A DNA stretch of 64,000 nucleotides, taken from assembly GCA_016187515.1 (NCBI GenBank), contig JACPJN010000006.1:64856-128855 (forward strand), written 5' to 3'. Within the stretch, counting starts at the first letter, position 1, and every line of letters starts with the position of its first letter. Below are positions 56,779 through 64,000 of this stretch, piece by piece. Origin of the DNA: Candidatus Uhrbacteria bacterium. GTDB lineage: Bacteria > Patescibacteriota > Patescibacteriia > GWA2-47-26. The translations under genes and the position numbers were made by a program. The notes beneath the pieces were generated by a model that saw only the letters and a program-made list of their open reading frames with translations, searched no databases and had not been told where the DNA came from.

Positions 56779-58254
56779 ATGGCCAATTCTCCATCGGAAA
56801 CTAATCCGCCGGAACTCGGCGAGAGCCGGCGCACGGTTGCCCTGCTTATTGCCGCGCTCTTCTTTCTGATTGTCAGCGCGACAATCGGCGGGATGCTGTT
56901 TGTAAGCGCCGCCGGATTTACTCCGTCAAAAGTATTCGCCAAAATCCGCTCGCTTACTTTAGCGCGGGAAAAAGCTCTGCAAGGAGAAGACGCGGACCGC
57001 GTTAATATCCTGCTTTTGGGCATGGGCGGGGTGGGACACGAAGGCGCCACGCTTACGGACACCATTGTGGTCGCTAGTATCCGTCCTTCGGATACCCAGG
57101 TCGGACTGCTCTCGATCCCGCGCGATCTCCAAATTAAGATCCCGGGTTATGGCTATGGACGGATCAATACGGTCAATGCCTACACCGAACGCGACAGCCC
57201 CGGGACCGGCGCGGCGCAGACCGCGCGGATAATTTCGGAAATCCTGGATCAGCCAATCCACTACTACATCCGAGTGGACTTTGCCGCCTTTAAAAAAATC
57301 ATTGACACCGGCGGAGGTATTGAAGTTAATGTCGAACAATCTTTCTACGACCCTTTTTATCCAGATGATAATTTCGGATATGCGCCGGTTTCCTTTGAAA
57401 AAGGCGTACAAACCATGAATGGCGAGCGCGCCCTGCAATTTGTGCGCTCGCGCCACGGCACGGGTGGCGAAGGCAATGACTTTGCTCGGGCTCGGCGGCA
57501 GCAAAAAATTCTTCTGGCCCTTAAAGATCGGCTGCTTTCCTTTGATGTGCTCCTGCGCCCCAAAAGGATCAAAGCCATCATCGAATCCCTAAAGGACCAT
57601 ATCCAGACCAACATCGCGCTGTGGGAAGGCCTGCGGTTTGCCAACCTCCTCAAAAACATCGATCCGGCCAAAATAAAAAGTCAGGTGCTGGACAGCAGCC
57701 CGGAAGGACTGCTGCGCGAGCGTAATTATAATGGGGCTTTTGTGCTGGAACCAAAAGATCAGACCTGGGGCGAGGTTCGCTCCCTGGCTGCTCAAATATT
57801 TGAAGAAAATCCACCGGCAAAAAGTTCAATCTATTCCCCTCCCACCCCCCCACTCCCACCCCTCCCTCCCACCCCCTCTTTATCTCCCCCTCGGGCAGGG
57901 GGAGAACACGAGACAATTTCTCCCCCTCTCGGAGGGGGAGCTAGAGGGGGTCTGGTTATCACCGACACTCCTACCGTCGAAATCCAAAACGGCACCTACA
58001 TCACCGGCCTGGCCGCCCGCACCGCGGAAAAACTCGAAGGGCTTGGCTTTAATCCGGTAGGTCTGGGCAACTCCGCCACCCGGGACGTGGCCACCACGGT
58101 AATTTATGACCTCGCCGCCGGAAAAAAACCAGCGGACTTTGAAAAACTAAAAACCCTGCTTAAGGCCGTCGCGGGCGAAGGTGAACCACTGCACATTATC
58201 AGCAAAGAACGACTGGATTTTCTGATCATCCTGGGGGCCAATGCCGCGCAATAA
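56779..58254 (+). CDS. LytR-CpsA-Psr (LCP) family protein, with a GC-element insertion.
   Basis: NILLLGMGGVGHEGATLTDTIVVASI...SIPRDL...; insertion PPTPPLPPLPPTPSLSPPRAGGEHETISPPLGGGARGG. Confidence 0.75.
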   Translation: MANSPSETNPPELGESRRTVALLIAALFFLIVSATIGGMLFVSAAGFTPSKVFAKIRSLTLAREKALQGEDADRVNILLLGMGGVGHEGATLTDTIVVASIRPSDTQVGLLSIPRDLQIKIPGYGYGRINTVNAYTERDSPGTGAAQTARIISEILDQPIHYYIRVDFAAFKKIIDTGGGIEVNVEQSFYDPFYPDDNFGYAPVSFEKGVQTMNGERALQFVRSRHGTGGEGNDFARARRQQKILLALKDRLLSFDVLLRPKRIKAIIESLKDHIQTNIALWEGLRFANLLKNIDPAKIKSQVLDSSPEGLLRERNYNGAFVLEPKDQTWGEVRSLAAQIFEENPPAKSSIYSPPTPPLPPLPPTPSLSPPRAGGEHETISPPLGGGARGGLVITDTPTVEIQNGTYITGLAARTAEKLEGLGFNPVGLGNSATRDVATTVIYDLAAGKKPADFEKLKTLLKAVAGEGEPLHIISKERLDFLIILGANAAQ

Positions 58255-58255
58255 G

Positions 58256-58328
58256 TTATTAAGTTACTAAGTTATTGAGTTATTAAAGTTGACTCCCCAA
58301 TAACTTAGTAACCAATAACTCAATAACT
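58256..58328. repeat. AT-rich inverted repeat (taagttattaagttactaagttattgagttatt / aataactcaataact) between lytR-like and der.
   Basis: Arms of about 33 bp, imperfect. Confidence 0.45.
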
Positions 58329-59795
58329 ATGCACCCGCTTCCAACAATTGTCATCATCGGCCGACGCAATGTCGGAAAGTCCGCGCTTTTCAATCGTCTG
58401 ATTGAGGAACAAAAAGCGATCGTTTCGGATATTGCCGGCACGACCCGCGACCGCACCGAAGGAATTTGCGTGTGGCGCGGACAAAATATACGCGTGGTGG
58501 ATACTGGCGGTATGGATGTCGGCGATGCTGACACGATTGATCGGGAAATTAAAAAACAAGCGCGGTTTGCCATTAAAGAGGCGGATCTTATTTTATTTTT
58601 GGTTGACGCGCGAGTGGGACCAGTACCCGCCGAGGCCGCTTTGGCCAAAGAACTCCGCCGATCAATTTCCCCCCCTGCCCGAGGGGGGGCAAGGGGGGGT
58701 GGGAGCATCCTTCTCGTTGCCAACAAGGCGGAAACGGAAAAGTGGCGCACCGCAGGGCAAGATCCCGGATGGAAGCGCCTCGGTTTTGGCGTGCCGCAAA
58801 CAATTTCCGCCCTCACCGGCCAAGGGGTGGGCGACCTGCTTGATACAATTTTCAAACAACTCAAGCCGTCAGCCGTCAGCCGTCAGCCGTCAGCCGATAT
58901 AAAAATCGCGATTATCGGCAAACCCAACGTCGGCAAATCCTCGCTCCTTAACAAAATTCTTGGCGAAGAGCGCGTCATCGTCTCCCCTATTCCGCACACC
59001 ACTCGCGAGCCGCAAGACACTTTATTCACGTATCACGCAGCACATAACACGTATCACGTATTGTTGATTGACACCGCGGGCCTGCGCAAAAGGGCCAAAA
59101 GAAAAGAGGGACTGGAACAAATGGGGGTGTATAAAACACTGTCCGTGATCGGGCGCTCGGAGGTGGTAATTTTCGTGCTTGACGGAACGCAGCCGCTGGA
59201 CGCCCAGGACAAACACTTAGCGCAGATGATTGTGGAAAAAGGGGTGGGAGTAGTTATTGCGGTCAATAAGTGGGATTTACTTTCGGGAAAACCCTCACCT
59301 CCATCCTCTCCCATAAAGGGAGAGGAAGCGGGAAAAAATCCCCCTCCCTTGGTGGGAGGGGTTAGGGGAGGGGGACGCACCACACAAGAGGGCGACCTTC
59401 TAATGAAACAAATCCACTTTGGCCTGCCGGGCCTTACTTTTGCGCCAGTCGTCTTCATCTCAGCGCTCACGGGCCACAGTGTCCACAAACTCCTGCTGCT
59501 TGCCATGCACGCGCACGAAAATCGCAAGCGTGTCATTGCTGACGAAGACCTTAAAGCACTTTTGCCAAAACTTATTTTGCGCCACCGTCCCGCGCGCTCC
59601 AAGGCCGGCAGCCGCCACCCCATTATCCGGGCGATTGTTCAAACCGGCACTGAACCACCCGCTTTTGTAATTATTATCGGCCCCAAACAGTCGCTCCACC
59701 AAACTTATCTGCGTTTTATCGAAAATCAACTCCGCCGCTACTACGATTTTGAAGGAACCCCCATCAAGGTTTGGGTAAAACAGGAACGCGGCTAA
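58329..59795 (+). CDS. der: GTPase Der/EngA, with two GC-element insertions and a cagccgt x4 heptamer tract in the inter-domain linker.
   Basis: Two G-domains (GRRNVGKSALFN; GKPNVGKSSLLN); insertions PPARGGARGGGS and SPPSSPIKGEEAGKNPPPLVGGVRGGGRT. Confidence 0.85.
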   Translation: MHPLPTIVIIGRRNVGKSALFNRLIEEQKAIVSDIAGTTRDRTEGICVWRGQNIRVVDTGGMDVGDADTIDREIKKQARFAIKEADLILFLVDARVGPVPAEAALAKELRRSISPPARGGARGGGSILLVANKAETEKWRTAGQDPGWKRLGFGVPQTISALTGQGVGDLLDTIFKQLKPSAVSRQPSADIKIAIIGKPNVGKSSLLNKILGEERVIVSPIPHTTREPQDTLFTYHAAHNTYHVLLIDTAGLRKRAKRKEGLEQMGVYKTLSVIGRSEVVIFVLDGTQPLDAQDKHLAQMIVEKGVGVVIAVNKWDLLSGKPSPPSSPIKGEEAGKNPPPLVGGVRGGGRTTQEGDLLMKQIHFGLPGLTFAPVVFISALTGHSVHKLLLLAMHAHENRKRVIADEDLKALLPKLILRHRPARSKAGSRHPIIRAIVQTGTEPPAFVIIIGPKQSLHQTYLRFIENQLRRYYDFEGTPIKVWVKQERG

Positions 59796-59992
59796 CTCCT
59801 CCCCTTGAGGTAAGGGGAGGTTGGGAGGGGTTATGAAAAAGCCGGACCCACCCATGTGGCTATCCGGCTGGCCTGGAACTGCGCTGGCCTTGTAATGCCC
59901 TTGGACTCTCGGTTTTCCGGCCAGAAAACCTACCTTCCCAAAAATCCGTAGTCGCCTGTCTGGATGAGAAAGCGCAGCTATATGCCCGGACG

Positions 59993-60508
59993 CTACGGTG
60001 ATGTAGGTGATGTAGAAACTACTTCGCCGCCCAGCTTCCTGACCAGATACTCAAAGATAAACAGTACAACAATCCCGCCAAGGGCAATCCCGATACTCCA
60101 ACCTTTGTCTGCCCTTGTAAGTGCGATCCCGATTGCAACCGCCTCAAGTATGTATGCGCCAATAGTAGCTGGCGTAGCAACCTGATCTTCAGCAGCACCA
60201 GCGGTATAGATAACGGCCACGAAGGCGGTGAAAAAGGCAATTACTGCAAAACCGGTATTGTCCAAAGCATCATTGACAAAGGCGATGTTCACAGCAGTCG
60301 CAACGATGAAGGCGACCATGCTGGCGACCGTGGCGAAGGCCGCAGTCGTGGCCACCATGACCGTGGCAAGAATCGTGGCAAAGGCAAATGTAGTCGCCAC
60401 AGCCACCATACTGGCAAGGTGTTCGCTTACCCCCATCACACGCGCGATGTGATACGTGCCCACGGTTACAACAATCGCCACCACTGCGGAAAGAACGATC
60501 TTTCTCAT
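59993..60508 (-). CDS. Small Ala/Thr/Val-rich polytopic membrane protein with internal repeats.
   Basis: RBS GGAGGAGG before the ATG at 60508; terminator hairpin at about 60680..60715 upstream. Confidence 0.45.
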   Translation of the reverse strand: MRKIVLSAVVAIVVTVGTYHIARVMGVSEHLASMVAVATTFAFATILATVMVATTAAFATVASMVAFIVATAVNIAFVNDALDNTGFAVIAFFTAFVAVIYTAGAAEDQVATPATIGAYILEAVAIGIALTRADKGWSIGIALGGIVVLFIFEYLVRKLGGEVVSTSPTSP

Positions 60509-60741
60509 AACTTCCTCCTCCCATGCGGGTAATTGCGATAGAACGACGGCGTGCTGCTTTGCCGTTCCAGTATCGGTACACCCGACACGAGTATGCCAGC
60601 GCTGCTGAAACCGGCGACATGCCGATTCCAAGCGCCCGCACTTTCAACCTACTCTCCTTACTGAATCTGGTCAAGACACAAAAAAAGAGCCGGAGGCCAC
60701 CAAGGTGGCTATCCGGCTGACTTGGGAACTTGACCGAGCGG

Positions 60742-61206
60742 CTACGTGTACATGTGCTCGGCGAGGCGGCGCTCGTGGAGGATACTCCTGCACTTCTGGC
60801 AGTCGCAGGCCCGCAGGAGCGTCTCGCGATCCGCAGTCCTGGACAGCGCGGGCTCGCCCATGAAGAAGATCTCCTGCGCCGCGACGAAGGCGCTGTTGAA
60901 CAGGCACTTGGCCTCCGGCGGGCAGAGCTCCATGATCGCCTCGGCGATGATCTTGCGCGCCGCGGCTTCGTCGTAGCGCTCCATGTTGAGCACCCGACTG
61001 GCCACCGCGGCGGCCGCGAGCAGCACGTTCTCGATGTAGGTCGACCAGTTCCGGGCGCCCTCGGGGCCGTAGTAGCCCTGCGCGTCCTTCTCGTCCGAGA
61101 GCTGCAGGACGTAGAGCACGTCCTGCGTGTACGGGATCTGCGGGAACACGCCGTCCCGACAGTAGTCGAAGCGGATGCCGGCCTTCTTGAGCGTCTCGAG
61201 GTTCAT
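60742..61206 (-). CDS. Hypothetical protein in a GC-rich (~65%) segment.
   Basis: RBS GAGGAGG before the ATG at 61206; promoter TTGACA-N17-TAGGAT at 61270..61298. The plus ORF 60730..61314 is antisense. Confidence 0.45.
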   Translation of the reverse strand: MNLETLKKAGIRFDYCRDGVFPQIPYTQDVLYVLQLSDEKDAQGYYGPEGARNWSTYIENVLLAAAAVASRVLNMERYDEAAARKIIAEAIMELCPPEAKCLFNSAFVAAQEIFFMGEPALSRTADRETLLRACDCQKCRSILHERRLAEHMYT

Positions 61207-61332
61207 GGTTCCTCCTCTAGGTGCCTTGTTCACGTGCACGGGGACAATTCCCCATACCGCGATAAACGCATCCTATTACAAAATCGACAATTTGTCAAGG
61301 GGGTGGTAAAATAGGCGAGACAGATAAAACCT

Positions 61333-61905
61333 ATGCAAAAACAAAAGCTGTACTGCTATGTGGATGAAAGCGGACAAGATGCTAGATCAACATTTTTCGT
61401 GGTGGTGGCGGTAATTACCGAAGAGAATGAACGACTAAAAGAAAAACTCCAACGCATTGAAAAAAGCGCGGGGGTGGGCAACAAAAAATGGCGCAAGACG
61501 CGCTCATCAAACCGTTGTAGATATTTACAAACACTTCTTGAGCAACAAATAGGATTTGGTTCGGTTTTCTTTGGTGCCTACAAAAAACCACTTCCTTACT
61601 TTTTCCCAATCCTTGAAATCATTGAAAAAAGTATTCAAGCAAAAGCTGCCCAAACCTACCGGGCAATCGTTGTGGTCGACGGCATTGACAACAAAAAGGC
61701 CGCCGAGCTCACTGGAGCCCTGCGCTTGAAAGGCATCGTTTTAGATTTCGTACGTTCTGGACGCGATGAAAGTGAGGCACTCCTTCGGCTTGCAGATCGC
61801 TGGGTTGGCTGTGTCCGTAAAGCGCGCGAGGAGAAAAACAGTGAAGAGGATTTGATTATGCAAAATGCCATTGCACAAGGATATCTTCAGTCCTTGTCAA
61901 AATAA
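61333..61905 (+). CDS. DUF3800-like protein.
   Basis: N-terminal YCYVDESGQD motif typical of DUF3800. Confidence 0.4.
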   Translation: MQKQKLYCYVDESGQDARSTFFVVVAVITEENERLKEKLQRIEKSAGVGNKKWRKTRSSNRCRYLQTLLEQQIGFGSVFFGAYKKPLPYFFPILEIIEKSIQAKAAQTYRAIVVVDGIDNKKAAELTGALRLKGIVLDFVRSGRDESEALLRLADRWVGCVRKAREEKNSEEDLIMQNAIAQGYLQSLSK

Positions 61906-62043
61906 AAAATCCGCTAAAAGCGGAGTCCTCGGCTATTCCCTTACGGGACCAATCTCTGCCAAAAAGGGCAGGCCTTCGCCGAGGATCACGATATCAGCAT
62001 ACCATATCTGTAAAATCTGTCAATACCATCTTATACACATCCT

Positions 62044-62658
62044 ATGAAACTCATCGTCGGCCTGGGCAACCCGGGAAAAGAATACGAAAAAACCCGACAT
62101 AATGTTGGGTTTCTTGCGGTTGATGGAATCGCGCGGGATTTGCAATTTTCCAAATGGAAAATGGAGAAAAAATTAGAGGCCGAGGTCTGCCGCGGCTTTA
62201 TTGCAAGTTGCTGTGAAGATGTTATTTTAGCCAAGCCGCAAACCTTTATGAACAACTCCGGCGCAGCCGTCAAAAAACTTACTGTGAACTATCGACTGAC
62301 GACTGACGACTTACTGATAGTCCACGATGATCTGGATTTAGAGCTTGGCACGCTGCGCTTATCTTATGGTTCTGGCAGCGCCGGCCACAACGGCGTGCAG
62401 TCCATAATTGACGCGCTCGGCACCAAAGATTTTTGGCGTTTGCGTGTTGGTATTGGCCGCCCCCCACAAGCTCCCTCCCTTAAGATAAGGGAGGGTAGGG
62501 AGGGTTATGACGATACAACAAAATTCGTGCTCCAACGCTTTCCACGTTTAAGCCAAGGCAAAGTAAGAAAAGCTATTGCGGCTGCGGTCGCTGCCGTGCA
62601 ACTCATGTTTCAAAAAGGTCCGCACGCGGCACAGACGGAGATTAATAAAAATAAATAG
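62044..62658 (+). CDS. pth: Peptidyl-tRNA hydrolase, with an in-frame GC-element insertion.
   Basis: MKLIVGLGNPGKEYEKTRHNVGF...; insertion PPQAPSLKIREGREGYDD. Confidence 0.85.
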   Translation: MKLIVGLGNPGKEYEKTRHNVGFLAVDGIARDLQFSKWKMEKKLEAEVCRGFIASCCEDVILAKPQTFMNNSGAAVKKLTVNYRLTTDDLLIVHDDLDLELGTLRLSYGSGSAGHNGVQSIIDALGTKDFWRLRVGIGRPPQAPSLKIREGREGYDDTTKFVLQRFPRLSQGKVRKAIAAAVAAVQLMFQKGPHAAQTEINKNK

Positions 62659-62692
62659 CCCAGGACATTGCGCGCCAAAGTCCTTTCAATTC

Positions 62693-62855
62693 GTCATTTC
62701 GAGGAATCCTCGAGGCGACCGAGAAATCTCTTTCTCATGCTATGAGAGAAGACAAGAAACAAAATCCCGCCCTGCGGGACTTATCCATTCAATGGAGGTG
62801 AAGAGATCTCTCACTGCGGCGTTCGAGATGACGAATCGTTTGTCCGCCTCACAAG
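62693..62855. mobile_element. MITE with TIRs TTCGTCATTTCGAG / CTCGAGATGACGAA; same family as 48985..49085.
   Basis: The terminal inverted repeats were read directly from the sequence. Confidence 0.45.
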
Positions 62856-62873
62856 GGCGGATTTTTGTTTTGG
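62844..62873 (+). terminator. Intrinsic terminator (ccgcc-tcacaag-ggcgg + atttttgtttt).
   Basis: Downstream of pth. Confidence 0.5.
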
Positions 62874-62950
62874 ATAAGATAAAAAAAGCGCCCGGATGAC
62901 CGTGAAGTCAGAGCCGGGACGCGGAAACCAGCGCGACGCTGGGTACAAAA

Positions 62951-63562
62951 CTACTTGCGGACGGCGAGAAACCGCCAGCTCGAATTCCAGCCGTCGTCAG
63001 TCCAGTATAGGCTCAGTCCACGTCTGCCATGCCAGCCGTCGAGGCCGGGCACGTTGCGAAGACCGTTGGGATGGACCAAGGAGGAACCGAGCGCGACGAC
63101 CATGAGCTCCCACTGATAGTCAGCCTTGGCAAACGCGCGAAGCTCTCGGCCGGTTGCGGGACGAAACCCCAGGGCATCGAGCCGCCGTTCAGCTTCTTCG
63201 GTCGAGATCGAAACCTCGCCCTCGTGGTGGAGCTTGAGCGGGGTTAAGCTGACCGTCGCCGTTCCTCCTGCCTCCGACGGAAAATACTCGTCCGTGATGC
63301 GCGAGTTTACTAAGTCAAACTCGTCCTTCACGCCCTCCCACGGTTGGGAGTAGTTGACCGTCGCGACCGTCGGCTTGTCCTGCTCGAGCGCGACGACTTG
63401 GACGGACGCCGTGCTGGCTAACGTGGTCGCAGGTGCCGCCGCGGACTTGTCCGCCTTCGCCGACTGCGCCTGGCACTTCTTGAGCGCGAACTCGAGCTCG
63501 GACACGCGGCTCGCGGAGCTGTTGCAACCGAACACCAAAACTGCCAACAAGAGTTTCTTCAT
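62951..63562 (-). CDS. Lipoprotein; function unknown.
   Basis: MKKLLLAVLVFGCNSS lipobox; RBS AAGAGGTG. Confidence 0.5.
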   Translation of the reverse strand: MKKLLLAVLVFGCNSSASRVSELEFALKKCQAQSAKADKSAAAPATTLASTASVQVVALEQDKPTVATVNYSQPWEGVKDEFDLVNSRITDEYFPSEAGGTATVSLTPLKLHHEGEVSISTEEAERRLDALGFRPATGRELRAFAKADYQWELMVVALGSSLVHPNGLRNVPGLDGWHGRRGLSLYWTDDGWNSSWRFLAVRK

Positions 63563-63671
63563 CACACACCTCTTTGTGGGCTTTTGTATGCCCGTTTGGG
63601 TTGGGAACAACTGTGTGCATGATAGGACATTTTTGCCCTTTTGTCAAGAGGTGGGGTATAATACACAAATT

Positions 63672-63775
63672 TCCTCCCCTTAGGGTAAGGGGAGGTGCAG
63701 GAGGGGTTACGCAATTTCCCTCCCAAGGCGGACAGGCATAACCCCCTCTAACTCCCCCTTACCTTAAGGGGGAGA
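63672..63775. repeat. GC-rich two-hairpin palindromic element, intergenic.
   Basis: cctccccttagggtaaggggagg...ccccttaccttaagggggag. Confidence 0.6.
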
Positions 63776-63848
63776 AATATTGAAGATTAAAAAAGGCGGC
63801 GCCAGTTGGACCAGCGCCGGCCTGCGGTTTTACGCAGGGCTTTGGCGT

Positions 63849-64000
63849 CTAGAACTCGGCTCCGAGCGTGGTATCGCCATCCTCAGCCCATCGCAGCTCC
63901 TCGTCGACCTCCTGCTGCCTGCGGACGTCCTCCTGCCACGCCAGCACCTCCGAAGTGCCGATGCCTTCGTGGTGGGACCCATGCACGGTCACGCCACGCT
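63849..64000 (-). CDS. C-terminal fragment of an unknown GC-rich gene; the upstream part lies beyond the window.
   Basis: Open frame ending ...DGDTTLGAEF*. Confidence 0.3.
   Translation of the reverse strand, partial: RGVTVHGSHHEGIGTSEVLAWQEDVRRQQEVDEELRWAEDGDTTLGAEF

Noticed and set aside
60270-60674. Minus ORF 60270..60674 and plus ORF 60228..60452
   Set aside because: Alternative frames of the Ala/Thr/Val-rich membrane gene 59993..60508, which alone has a strong RBS.

Overview
The window is 64 kb, mostly minus-strand operons, from a small-genome bacterium. The housekeeping genes present fit a Patescibacteria/CPR-like organism, although this is inference without a database search. They are: a compact 249-aa YidC; GroES/GroEL preceded by a perfect CIRCE element; RF2 with the canonical CUU-UGA-C +1 frameshift; Der, Pth, LCP, signal peptidase I, HisRS, bS21, NusA and RsmA; three tRNAs; and ComF next to a VirB4/VirB6/PrgI-like module.

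Main contents:
1. A cell-envelope polysaccharide locus (two GT4 glycosyltransferases, two O-antigen-ligase-like proteins, a Wzz/CapA-like protein). It is interrupted by an ~8 kb island of ~70% GC carrying a MopE-like Cys-rich lipoprotein, two secreted or lipoproteins and a Hanks kinase plus pseudokinase pair.
2. A T4SS-like/competence module (ComF, split VirB4, PrgI-like, 927-aa VirB6-like).
3. A 2984-aa Cys-rich surface protein. Two orphan copies of its C-terminal module lie downstream, interleaved with Cys-rich secreted lipoprotein genes that share a duplicated promoter/5'UTR.
4. A ~0.9 kb islet inserted into the 3' end of yqeY and flanked by a duplicated gene end.

Genome-wide oddities seen directly in the sequence:
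- At least 16 GC-rich two-hairpin palindromic elements, most inserted in-frame inside conserved genes (analogous to Rickettsia palindromic elements).
- Heptanucleotide tandem repeats inside glycosyltransferase, ligase, YidC and Der coding regions.
- Two MITE families.
- A conserved ~130-bp ATTCGTG-repeat element upstream of two MopE paralogs.
- A 90-bp CGGAAC/GTTCCG element directly upstream of three start codons.
- Terminator hairpins that also contain the -35 TTGACA box of the next promoter.

Several long plus-strand ORFs in the GC-rich island are antisense artefacts. No CRISPR array was found.
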